Part shown: positions 1 through 10,383 of the stretch, piece after piece
Layout of the letters: each line of letters begins with the position of its first letter
How positions within the stretch are numbered: position 1 is the stretch's first letter
NCBI RefSeq assembly: GCF_006345805.1
Contig: NW_021836717.1
Span: 1 to 22,798, forward strand
DNA length: 22,798 nt
Direction: 5' to 3'
Origin: Octopus sinensis
Lineage: Eukaryota
The notes under the pieces: model-generated
What the model was told of the DNA's origin: nothing
The model's input: only the letters and a program-made list of their open reading frames with translations
The model's database searches: none
Position numbers and translations under genes: made by a program

Positions 1-46
1 TCAAGGAGGAACAGTGAGGGAGAGAGAGGGAACGATCGCGGAGTAG

Positions 47-300
47 ATAAAGCAGGGGACAACTGATGAAGGGTATGCTCTTTATGTTGCCTGTCTCATT
101 TCTCTATTTGTTTCTTTCGTTGTTCGAAAAAGAAAACAGAAAGTTCGTTTTCCATGTTTTGTGTTTTATGGTCTCGTTTCTCATTTTGATCACGTTTTTT
201 GACGTCCTGTACCCATATATGCATGTTTATATACATATATATGTAGGTATGTACATATATGTATGTATATATGCATACATATTTGATTTATATTATTATA
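47..300 (+). repeat. Dispersed repeat, diverged homolog of 3790-4030 (possible PLE-derived non-autonomous element)
   Basis: Colinear similarity with 3790-4030: gggaca(a/g)ctgatgaaggg ... gtcctgtac ... atatgcatgt.tatatacat ... atgtaggta.gtacatatatgt. Family assignment is inference. Confidence 0.6.
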
Positions 301-423
301 TGATCGAACGCCACGCATCCATTTCCAAGTAAGTGTTATATATATATATATACAGGTATGTTGATGCAAACAGGAAAAATAGAACTCAAGACATCAGTAT
401 ATCTATCTTTTATCTTTTATCAG

Positions 424-472
424 TTACTTCTTTCAGTCATTAGACTGTGGCCATGCTGGGGCACCGCCTTGA
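424..472 (-). mobile_element. 3' tail fragment of the CORE-type tRNA SINE family seen at 8605-9035
   Basis: tttcagtcattagactgtggccatgctggggcaccgcctt matches 8630-8670 (tttcagtcatttgactgcggtcatgatggagcaccgcctt). Confidence 0.8.
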
Positions 473-574
473 TGTTTGTATATATTTGATATATGTATAT
501 TTCTATTAATATATGTATATATGTACCTGCGCCTTTGTTTCTATGTTTGACTTCACTATCACCATTTCCCAATT

Positions 575-720
575 AGTGTAGCATAACGGTTCAGCAAAAG
601 AGTACAATAAAGTATTTCCAAGACTTAAAAAATAAGAACTGAAATCAATTTGTTTGGTTAAAATCTTTAAGCTGTTGCTTACATTAACCTCAGTCCTGTG
701 ACTGAGACACACAAAAAGAT
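575..720 (+). mobile_element. Degraded 3' half of the same CORE-type SINE
   Basis: cggttcagcaaaagag...aataagaactgaaatcaatttgtttggttaaa...gactgagacac is a diverged match to the reverse complement of 8625-8750. Confidence 0.55.
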
Positions 721-790
721 AATGTGTGTGTGTGTATGTGTGAGTGTATAATTCTATATATGTCCCTTCTCAAAACGTGGTTATATTGGT

Positions 791-1397
791 GATTTAAAGT
801 CTATTCTCGGCATATTTGGTATTCGAATTTTTTCTTTTGCCCTTATTTATAAGTTGTTTATAAATTTCACCCTAAAATGTATTTTTTTAATATACTGGCC
901 ACTGAAAAAGTTTTTTGAAAATTTTATCCTATAGTAGATGTAAATTTAATACCATTCACTTCCGAACTGTCTCTTACTCCATGAGAATTTTCAGTCTGAT
1001 CACACGTGTCTCGAGGTGTACTGCAAAATTTCTGTTTGGATATATTTGGGGTACTTAAGTGTACACATGACTTTGTATCTACTTCTTCCATGAGTGCAAG
1101 TAACTATTTTATATATTTCTTAATGTATTTACCGCTGATGACGAGAAAATTCTTTATGAATTAACTCAGAAATCCGACCGATCCGGTAATAACGGAATTA
1201 AAACAAAATTTTTGTCAGCTTGCTTCGAGACGCGTGCTTATAGTGACGAATTATAATGTAGTTATCGACGATTTAAAGTCTATTCTCGGCATATTTGGCA
1301 TTGGAATTTTTTTCTTTTGCCCTTATTTAAAATTTTCACCTCAACGGTATTTTTAATATGCTAGCAATGATAACTTTTTTGAAAATTTAATCTTATA
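791..1397. repeat. Diverged direct repeat pair (791-933 and 1270-1397), about 480 bp period
   Basis: Both units begin gatttaaagtctattctcggcatatttgg.att.gaattttt.cttttgcccttattta and end ttttttgaaaattt.atc.tata. Confidence 0.85.
1131..1195 (+). ncRNA. Weak, decayed hammerhead-like motif between the direct repeats
   Basis: CTGATGA at 1135-1141, gag/ctc stem (1143-1145/1165-1167), GAAA at 1169-1172, GTA at 1186-1188. Stems I and III are imperfect. Confidence 0.3.
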
Positions 1398-1437
1398 TAT
1401 ATACATACGTACATATATATATATATATAATATAATA

Positions 1438-1472
<35 letters not shown>

Positions 1473-1484
1473 TATATTATATAT
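1394..1484. repeat. (TA)n microsatellite, imperfect
   Basis: Direct reading. Confidence 0.95.
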
Positions 1485-1967
1485 AAGTGCAGCGTGGATG
1501 TGGATGTCGAAAAAAACAATGAGCATGCTCTTGATTGTGCTGCGGCTCTGTCGTGCATTTTTGAGCCCCGTGCCACTTGAAACATTGCGTACGGCCCATT
1601 ACCTCCTCGCCGTAAGCTTGTCGAAGCTTGCTCTATGTTTCTGTAGCAGACTTCCCAAGTTGAACTCAAAATTACACGCTGGAACTTTGTTTCAACTTCC
1701 TGTCCATGACAAAATCGCAGTCAACATCATACACATGACCACAAAGACTCAATTTCACAACTAGCAAAGTAAACATACTGATGTCACTCGATACACTGCC
1801 TCATGCAGGTCACTGCTAGCTCTCACTGCGCACGCAACCGTGTGCTGTCATCTGTTGATGCGCTACAGAACTAGTCCGTGAACGTTTTGATATCACATCG
1901 TAGATATGTATATATGTATGTAAGCCTATGTGTAATTTTATGTATGTGTGAACGATTATATGTGTAT

Positions 1968-2007
<40 letters not shown>

Positions 2008-2019
2008 ATATATGCCTAT

Positions 2020-2144
2020 GGACATGAATAGAGCTACGTGAAATTAAATGCTTTGCTCAAGAACATAACGCATCATCGGTATGGGAAATCGAAATTACGA
2101 GCTTGCGATTATGAGTGCAACGTTCTACCCACTAGGCCACGCAC
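2020..2144 (-). mobile_element. 5' part of a tRNA-derived SINE with CORE-like central domain
   Basis: Minus strand gcgtggcctagtgggtagaacg (A-box TGGCCTAGTGG), degenerate B-box tttcgatttcc, then gcgttatgttcttgagcaaagcatttaatttcacg (CORE-like). Confidence 0.7.
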
Positions 2145-2167
2145 TTTTACACGTGCAAAAACGCCAA

Positions 2168-2236
2168 TATATATAATATATATTATATATATTATTATAT
2201 ATATAATATATATATATATAATATATTAATATATAT

Positions 2237-2325
<89 letters not shown>
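2168..2325. repeat. (TA)n microsatellite
   Basis: Direct reading. Confidence 0.95.
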
Positions 2326-2326
<1 letters not shown>

Positions 2327-2341
2327 AATATAAATATATGA

Positions 2342-2412
2342 AATGGAGCTGAACGCCGAATTAACAAAATTCTTTTTAAAGGAATTTTGTTAATTCGGCG
2401 TTCAGCTCCATT
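2342..2412. repeat. Perfect 31-bp-arm inverted repeat (palindrome)
   Basis: 2342-2372 aatggagctgaacgccgaattaacaaaattc is the exact reverse complement of 2382-2412; spacer tttttaaag. The ORF track shows the same peptide MLIRRSAPF on both strands. Confidence 0.95.
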
Positions 2413-2555
2413 CTTTCATATATTTATATTTTTAAACATACAAATTTCCACACGAAAGCACGTAAACGTGTTTTTTTTTTATGTCAATTTGCTACCCAGG
2501 TATCGGTCAATTCGAATTATCCTTAATAAGATAATTCATTCAACTACTCAAATAT

Positions 2556-2559
<4 letters not shown>

Positions 2560-2610
<51 letters not shown>

Positions 2611-2858
2611 TGAGAGAGAGAGAGAGAGAGAGAATTCTTTCTTTCTTCCTATCATCTATCTTCTATCTATATAATCTATCTATCTATAGATCATCTATCT
2701 ATCTATCTTATATCTAGCTATCAACATATCTATCTATCTTATATACAAACACCACACAGAAATGCATAACATACATACGTACATGCATGCCTACATACAT
2801 ACATGACATACATACATACATACATACATACATACATACATACATACATACATACATA
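2560..2858. repeat. Compound microsatellite (TA)n/(GATA)n/(GA)n/(TCTA)n/(TACA)n
   Basis: Direct reading. Confidence 0.9.
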
Positions 2859-3267
2859 CTTAGCAAGCTGAGTAGCGAGATAAACACGGTTTTAAAAGCT
2901 ATAAAAATACCTTTCCAGTAACCGATAGCAAAATGTAATTATCAAGGATATAAAGAAAGCAATATTGTTCTGACTTTCACTTTGTTCTTTTACCGGTTAC
3001 TTTCCTGTTTTTTTTTCCTCTATTCAGTGTGTCTGTACATTTATGATCAAACGTTTCTAAGTGTAGTAATAATTTCGTTTTCTTTGTTTACTTCAGTATA
3101 AAATATACCTGTTGTATATTCTTTAACCTATACTTCCAACGACAGTTGCATATTTTACTAAATTATACATAATCCGGGTGGCGCGTTATGTTCCTGAGCC
3201 CACTACCAAAAAAAAAACAAACAAAAAAACAACTTGATTTCATATTTCTCTCCGATCGTTTCGACAG

Positions 3268-3306
3268 CTGACGTTTCGGTATGACCACGACCACTTGATT
3301 GAGAAA
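3268..3306 (+). other. Candidate 39-nt frame-preserving microexon (LTFRYDHDHLIEK), unverified
   Basis: Pyrimidine-rich tract ending ...tttcgacAG (3266-3267), donor AAA|GTAAGC at 3307, one open frame in phase 0. No homology recognised. Confidence 0.2.
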
Positions 3307-3490
3307 GTAAGCCTTATTTAAATACAAACATTTGGCCACTGTAAATGGATTATTTGTGCGGTTGTTCAGCGAGAAATTGCGGAATCCTCAAGTGTCGTCT
3401 GATAACGGGAGAATCCATAATATACGCACATCACACGCACCCCCCGCACATGTATTTATATGTGTGAGTGTATATATTTATGTATATACA

Positions 3491-3698
3491 TACAAGATGT
3501 TCCTGGCTTCACGGTATCTCGAAAGGTTTGTTTGGAAGCCCAACCTTCCGAGTTTTCTTACAAGGTTTTGAAAGTCTGAACGACCGCTGGAATAAGCGTG
3601 TGAATCTGAGAGGGGAATATGTTGAATGAATTCCTAATTCACTGACCCTCCTGTATTTTCTTGTACCCAAGCCAGGAACTTTTCAGTAACTCTTTGTA
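3491..3698 (+). mobile_element. Mariner-derived MITE or deletion derivative
   Basis: Termini ta-caagatgttcctggctt and ccaagccaggaacttttcagtaactctttg-ta share the inverted core gttcctggctt; TA at both ends. Internal frame reads FLQGFESLNDRWNKRVNLRGEYVE*, matching the mariner C-terminal consensus (GI..L..RW.KCV...G.YVE*). Confidence 0.85.
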
Positions 3699-3701
3699 TA
3701 T

Positions 3702-3770
<69 letters not shown>

Positions 3771-3775
<5 letters not shown>

Positions 3776-4030
3776 CTTCGAAACACGCTGGAGTTGAACT
3801 AGGGACAGCTGATGAAGGGGATTTTTCCTTGTGTAGTTGTCTTGTACTCTGTTTTTCGTTTTAAAAAAATGGTCTGTTCCATGCTGTTTTTACGTTTTCG
3901 TTTCTCGTTGAGTTCTACGTCTATTTGTGGTGTCCTGTACACACGTATATATATTTATATATGCATGTATATATACATGTAGATGTAGGTACGTACATAT
4001 ATGTTTGTATGTATGCATATATTTATTTAT
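3771..4030 (+). repeat. Dispersed repeat, homolog of 47-300, flanked by (TA)n on both sides
   Basis: Similarity as described for 47-300; (TA)n at 3700-3772 and about 4040-4126. Confidence 0.6.
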
Positions 4031-4048
4031 TACACTATTATATATATA

Positions 4049-4108
<60 letters not shown>

Positions 4109-4396
4109 ATATATATATATATATTAGATGTATAAATACACAAAGAGGAAATCATGTTCGTTCTAGTGCTATAAATTCATGAATTCTCTTTTTCGTGGTT
4201 TGGGTTTTAAGTGTCTTTTTTTTTTAGCATGTAAGGATTCTTGTCAATGGTATCCTCTTTGTGTATAAAAAAATTTTGTACACTCTTATATCTTTAAAAA
4301 TATGTTATGCCTTTTGGCTTTATTTATACATGCTAACCACTGGTAATAAATTATCTTAATTTATTAGCCTCATATTTACGATAGTTTTACATAAAT

Positions 4397-4430
<34 letters not shown>

Positions 4431-4841
4431 TATTGTGTCTGAGAAGAGGAATGCATGCGTACAACCGTACACATATGTATACATATATATGCATGCTCAC
4501 ACGTACATACATGCATACATACATACATACATACATACATACATAAATTCATACATACATACATACATACCCACATATGTGTATATACATATAAAACCTG
4601 ACGCGCACACATGCGCACAAACACACAAAAAGAACGCAGATCTGATAACGGACAGAGTCAACGACTATTGAAAAGGTTGCAAGACACAACGACAACTTTA
4701 GAAAAAATATGTAAGTAAATGAGTGGAAATCGAATCGGTGTGTTAAATAATAAGGCACTAAAAGAGAATGACTCTTCCCAGACACAGTAAATTATGCTCA
4801 ACACACAATTCGCATAAAGAATCTTGCAAACCGAATGCAAA

Positions 4842-4908
<67 letters not shown>

Positions 4909-5211
4909 TATATATATAATATATATATATATACGTATATGTATGCATATATATGAATATATATACATACGCATTTATCTATCTATCTGCCTGTCTATCT
5001 GTCTGCCTATGTGTCTGTCTGCCTGTCTGTCTATCTGTGTCTGGCTTCCGTTCTCTCTCGCTACGCACACACACATATATGATGTAAGGTGTATAGTTAC
5101 GTTTGAGATTTCTATATATCTGAGAGTAGCATTTAATATTTCATACATAAGTCTTTGATCATAATCCTGCTCGATCAGAGATCACCTTAGGTGAAGCAAT
5201 AACATTACGAG

Positions 5212-5370
5212 CGACAGCATTGCAACGTTGCTTAGAAGTTCGTTTGCAAAAGTATGGTTCCGCGTTCGATCCTAGCGCGCGACACATTGGCAAACGTAAC
5301 CGAACATGACCTCGTGGTGAACAAAGCTTTCAAAATGACATTTGGTAAATGAAAACTGTGTGGAGGTTGC
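5212..5370 (+). mobile_element. Old degraded copy of the CORE-type SINE 5' half
   Basis: atggttccgcgttcgatcc (B-box) ... gacacattggcaaacgt ... aaagctt ... atttggtaaatgaaaactg aligns to the sense strand of 8880-9035. Confidence 0.55.
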
Positions 5371-5580
5371 TGGATTCATTGTAGCCTTTACCTTTTGTGA
5401 ACTGTAGACTTAACCGCTCGCCGAATTTAACTTCACTGTATGGTCCTTGGGTGCATTTAGAGAATCCTTTCTGTTGAAAGCATTGGTCTCAGGGCCTGAG
5501 TATAATGTCCACCCCATAACTCACATGTAATGGATATTCTATGATTAAGTCATTAATACATATATACATACATGCATGCA

Positions 5581-5664
5581 TACATACATACATACATACA
5601 TACATACATACATACATACATACATACATACATACATACATACATACATACATACATACATACA
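5581..5664. repeat. (TACA)21 microsatellite
   Basis: Direct reading. Confidence 0.95.
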
Positions 5665-6249
5665 CATGCATGCATACATATATATACATACATATATACA
5701 TATACATATACATACCCACATATACACATACATATATGTGTGTCTATATGTAAATATATATATATGCATATATATATATACATACTTGCATGCATAGACA
5801 CACACAAACATACATGCTCACATGCATACATATAGATATACACACATACACGTATATCTATCTATCTATCTATCTATTTATCTATCTATCTATTTTGCTA
5901 TCTATGTGTCTGTATGTCTGTCTATCTACACGCACGTACACACACACATTCGTCATCTCCACATAAGGCCGTGATGCACAGATAATTTACAGACGAGAAA
6001 TATAGACGACTGAAATGTCTTCCAATACATAACTGGCACACATATTAGTGATCTCGTGGAGAATGAAGGCCAAAATCATAGAAATTCAAATTAGTGAATT
6101 CAGTTACGTATATAAAAAAAGAAGCTCCAATGCAAAATTATTCATTTATAATTCATCACAGGAAATCACCGAAACAATATATGATCCATAAACATTTCAT
6201 TGCCCTCAAAATCAGGAATTCAAATTTTTCTATCTGGTATTAATCTCAC

Positions 6250-6660
6250 AGGTTGTCTCAGAAACAATAGATGAATATTCAGTGGTGTTGTAAAAAACAG
6301 AACGAAATTTAGAATGTACCCGTAATCAACTGAAATACGATATATTTGACTCTGTTGGTAGCTTGTATCAAGATAGATCTTCAGAAGCGTTTCTCTGAAG
6401 TGGATCTTATCGCTCCATGAATACGTTGATATTATTTTTGAAAGCTATAGTACCGAAGGAGAGTTTGTATGTGCTGATAGTATCCGAAATGTGAGATATG
6501 ATAAAGGAGCTTTGAGATTGTCTTGATGGTCCATACAGCAGGTTTCGTATAGCATCTCACTCCTCTCTGCTATTTTTACATAATCCTCGGTAGGGTTTGC
6601 TTATCACTGTTGCCGTGTTGAACAACAGGTCACCTGTACTTTTGGAGACTCACGCCATTT
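6250..6660 (+). pseudogene. Highly decayed non-LTR (LINE) reverse transcriptase fragment
   Basis: One frame reads VACIKIDLQKRFSEVD, resembling the RT motif FIDLxKAFDxVD; later DMIKEL and SPVLL resemble downstream RT motifs. Many stops and frameshifts. Confidence 0.35.
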
Positions 6661-7042
6661 AATAAACAACAAAGACCTCTCAAATATATGAATGCCGTAG
6701 GCGGAGACAACACGAAATTGAGGACCTTCGAAATCTAATAAGGGTTAGAGATTCCTAGCGCCGCATTGTGAGATGCATCTCGGTTGAAGTACACTGTGAT
6801 ATGGATGAGGTATAGGATAGGATAAAGGATATGGATGATGGAGTGTAGAATGAAAAACAGAAAGAAAAAAAAACATACGAACAAAAAACAACCCCCACAA
6901 CAATAAAAGTGGTAACCTGAAACATATTGAGTTTTTTTGTTTCGCAGTATCCAGTATCAGATTCACAATCTTGCTTTTGTAATTCAGTTCGCGCTTGAAC
7001 AAAGATCACATGCGTTTAATATACATACAGTCATACCTGCAC

Positions 7043-7096
7043 GTATGTATGTATGTATGTATGTATGTATGTATGTATGTATGTATGTATGTATGT
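7043..7096. repeat. (TATG)n microsatellite
   Basis: Direct reading. Confidence 0.95.
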
Positions 7097-7218
7097 CGGT
7101 AGGTATTGATGTACGTATGCATGAATATATATGTATGTATATATACATGAAATGTATATATATATATATATTATATATATATATATATCTGTATGTAATT
7201 ATACTGTATATATGTATA

Positions 7219-7257
<39 letters not shown>

Positions 7258-7336
7258 CTACATATAATTTTGATGGAACAAATTTTCGTAACATTGCGAT
7301 TTTGAGTCGATTATGTATATCCCTTTTCTCTAACAA

Positions 7337-7378
7337 AAAACAAACAAACAAACAAACAAACAAACAAACAAACAAACA
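7337..7378. repeat. (CAAA)n microsatellite
   Basis: Direct reading. Confidence 0.95.
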
Positions 7379-7779
7379 GACAAACAAAAGAAACAAAAAC
7401 AAAATAAAAAGACACCCTTGTTTCTATATTAAAGAGAAATCATTATTTTGATAAATACATTCTGAATGTTTGATTGATAGCAAGCGACACCACTAAGCAC
7501 GAGAGTCAATTTAACCACGCTATATTTCATCTCGGATAAGGTTTAGCAGTTTCCTGTAACGTAACATTATAATATGACGAAAGACATTAGTCGCGTAACA
7601 TTAATTTCGTTCCGCATCATTTGGTTGCTGTATTACTAACCGAAGCATTCTACCGCTGTATCAGCATCACCATCACATCAGTATCATCTCCCCAAACCAC
7701 AACAATCTAGCTATGTATTTCTCCTCTCTCTCTCCTTCTCTCTTCAATATATACATACATACATACATATACAGCAATC

Positions 7780-7809
7780 ATATATATATATATTATATAT
7801 ATATATAAT

Positions 7810-7861
<52 letters not shown>

Positions 7862-7978
7862 CATATATATAATATATTATATATTATATATGTATATATA
7901 TGTATGTATATATATATATGTATATATATAATATATATATATAATATATATATGTGTATGTATGATGTATATATGTAT

Positions 7979-8016
<38 letters not shown>

Positions 8017-8037
8017 GATATATAGTATATATATGTA

Positions 8038-8085
<48 letters not shown>

Positions 8086-8128
8086 TATATATTGTATATA
8101 TATGTATATATATATATGTATATATATA

Positions 8129-8210
<82 letters not shown>

Positions 8211-8230
8211 GTATATATATATATATATAT
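7780..8230. repeat. Long imperfect (TA)n tract, about 450 bp
   Basis: Direct reading. Confidence 0.95.
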
Positions 8231-8604
8231 TATCTTTCTTTCACAGCCTTATGCAGACGCAAACATACGCATTACACACTCACTCTGTCTCGCTTGTTTT
8301 GTTTACTTTTGAAAGATTTAAACAGTGAGGAACCACCAATATCAGGACTGTTTATAAATATTTAAAGTTGTCGGTCATTTTTTATTGTTTTTATTGCGGA
8401 TATCATTGCTGTTAATATTGATGTTATTATTAGTGTATCGGTGGAGAATGACGAGAACCAAGGCAACGGATTTCTAGTTTTATTTTCGAGTTTTCACCAT
8501 GATTTTTGCTTTTAATTCATTAATTTATAATTGAAGAAATTTCTCTGTGTTTATAAGTCTGCATTTCGGAGTCATTTGGAAGATTTCCTTCTGGTCTTTG
8601 AAGG

Positions 8605-8822
8605 TTACTCTGTTTTACTCTTTTACTTGTTTCAGTCATTTGACTGCGGTCATGATGGAGCACCGCCTTTAGTCGACCAAATCGACCCCAGGACTTATTC
8701 TTTGTAAGCCCAGTACTTATTCTATCGGTGTCTTTTGCCGAACCGCTAAGACCCGGTACGCGCGTAAACCCCCACCATCGGTTGTCAAGCATGCTGGGGG
8801 ACAAACACAGACACACAAACAT

Positions 8823-8872
<50 letters not shown>

Positions 8873-9035
8873 GACGGGCTTCTTTCACTTTCCTTCTACC
8901 AAATCCACTCACAAGGCTTTGGTCGGCCCGAGGCTATAGTAGAAGACACTTGCCCAACATGCCACGCAGTGGGACTGAACCCGGAACCATGTGGTTGGTA
9001 AGCAAGCTACTTACCACACAGCTACTCCTGCGCCT
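8605..9035 (-). mobile_element. Near full-length tRNA-derived CORE-type SINE with internal (TA)n/(TG)n and (AGTAAA)-like tail
   Basis: Minus strand: ggcgcaggagtagctgtgtggtaag (A-box), ggttccgggttcagtccc (B-box), gtggcatgttgggcaagtgtctt (CORE-like), internal microsatellite, tail gactgaaacaagtaaaagagtaaaacagagtaa. Resembles the octopus OR-type SINEs. Confidence 0.9.
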
Positions 9036-9104
9036 ATGTGCATAATTTTTCTATATATAATTTAGTCAGATAAAAAAGGTCATGTCCAGTATATTTGAAC
9101 AACT

Positions 9105-9247
9105 GCTGAAACTGTTGAAATCGAAGACACTTATGCTGACCACCATTAATTCAAGCTCCACAGAAAAGACCAGCTGGGTTGTATGAGAATTCCAGTCGGT
9201 TGCCTCTCTGTGAAGCCATGATTAGTTGCAAAAAATTGTCAGTGTGG
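9105..9247 (+). repeat. Inverted copy of 10241-10383
   Basis: Gapless 143-bp alignment to the reverse complement of 10241-10383 with 13 mismatches by manual count (about 91%). Confidence 0.95.
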
Positions 9248-9347
9248 TATCTGAGAGTTACGAGATTGTAAAGCTGACGAGAATAAGTCAGTTGTGTTTG
9301 ATGGGATTGAATGGCAGTGATATATAACTAGTCAGTGACATATAACT

Positions 9348-9579
9348 AAGGCGGCGAGCTGGCAGAAACGTTAGCACGCCGGGCGAAATGCGTAGCCGTA
9401 TTTCGTCTGTTGTTACGTTCCGAGTTCAAATTCCGCCGAGGTCGACTTTGCCTTTCATCCTTCCGGGGTCGATAAATTAAGTACCAGTTGCGTACTGGGG
9501 TCGATGTAATCGACTTAATCCCTTTGTCTGTCCTTGTTTGTCCCCTCTGTGTTTAGCCCCTTGTGGGTAGTTAAGAAAT
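9348..9579 (+). mobile_element. Full-length tRNA-derived SINE (second family)
   Basis: aaggcggcgagctggcagaaacgttagc (A-box-like), gagttcaaattc (B-box GTTCRANNC), 3' end gtttagccccttgtgggtagttaagaaat; same family as 19544-19944. Possible short TSD aacta. Confidence 0.9.
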
Positions 9580-10007
9580 CAACTAGTCTGTTCTGATAAA
9601 CCAACATTGTTTAAAAGCAGTAGGAGTAAAGCATGACCTAATAATGGCTGTAATGTGTAGAGTAAATTTATGCCAATCCGTTTGATCCTTTTCGTTGAGA
9701 AGTACTTTAGAATGTGATCCAAAACGTTTGCAGCACCGTTATATTTATGTGGACATCATTCTGATGTGTGACTTCATTCAGCTTTGTAGGGAGTCAGCAT
9801 TTGCGAAAGGGTGAATTATTTTCTTTCTATAAAATTATGCTAGTTTTGTAGTGTTAGATATGCTAGTTCAACATGAGAGATTAACAGAGACCGTAACCAA
9901 GTACGTATTTGTAACAACATTGTGTTGTTCATGTGTAAAGTGTATAGTAAAGGATTATTTCCCTTTAGTGTATCCTTGTTGCTCTTATGACCCAACTGTT
10001 ATATGTT

Positions 10008-10383
10008 TACGAGGTCTGTTTATAAATACGACATTTTTGCGTGTGCATGGTGTTTGAATGAGAAATGAAAGAAAATAAAAGAATGGTATTATTAATTTTT
10101 TGTTGTTGAAATTATCAAGAAATAGGTAGCGAATGTTGAGAACGAACAGTATCGGAAATACACTTCTGTTCTGTCTAGGTACACCAGAGTTGATGTAGTG
10201 TGTACAGGAGAGAGATCTACCAATAGATCTCTCTCCTGTGCCACACTGAACATTTTTTGCAACTAATCATGTCTTCATAGAGAGGCAACTGACTGGAATT
10301 CTCACACAACTCAGTTGGTCTTTTCTGTGGAGCTTGAATTAATGGTGGTCAGCATAAATATCTTCGATTACAATAGCTTCAGC
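10008..10383. mobile_element. Fragment of an unclassified repeat with a mariner-like terminus and internal hairpin
   Basis: Starts TA-CGAGGTCTGTT, resembling mariner TIR starts; contains the hairpin at 10197-10247 and the segment duplicated at 9105-9247. No partner TIR found. Confidence 0.35.
10197..10247. other. Hairpin with a perfect 16-bp stem and 4-nt loop
   Basis: 10204-10219 acaggagagagatcta / loop ccaa / 10224-10239 tagatctctctcctgt; extends through agtgtg/cacact after a one-nucleotide bulge. Confidence 0.9.

Noticed and set aside
3252-3285. Minus-strand gaaacgtc / gaaacgatc words resembling HHR 3' halves
   Set aside because: No CUGANGA core upstream.
4640-4716. GTAAGT donor after an open frame (QRLLKRLQDTTTTLEKI)
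   Set aside because: No credible upstream acceptor; GTAAGT is expected by chance in AT-rich DNA.
5465-5490. 14-nt identity (tcctttctgttgaa) to the 11786-11821 HHR element
   Set aside because: Too short and lacks GAAA; may be a scrap or chance.
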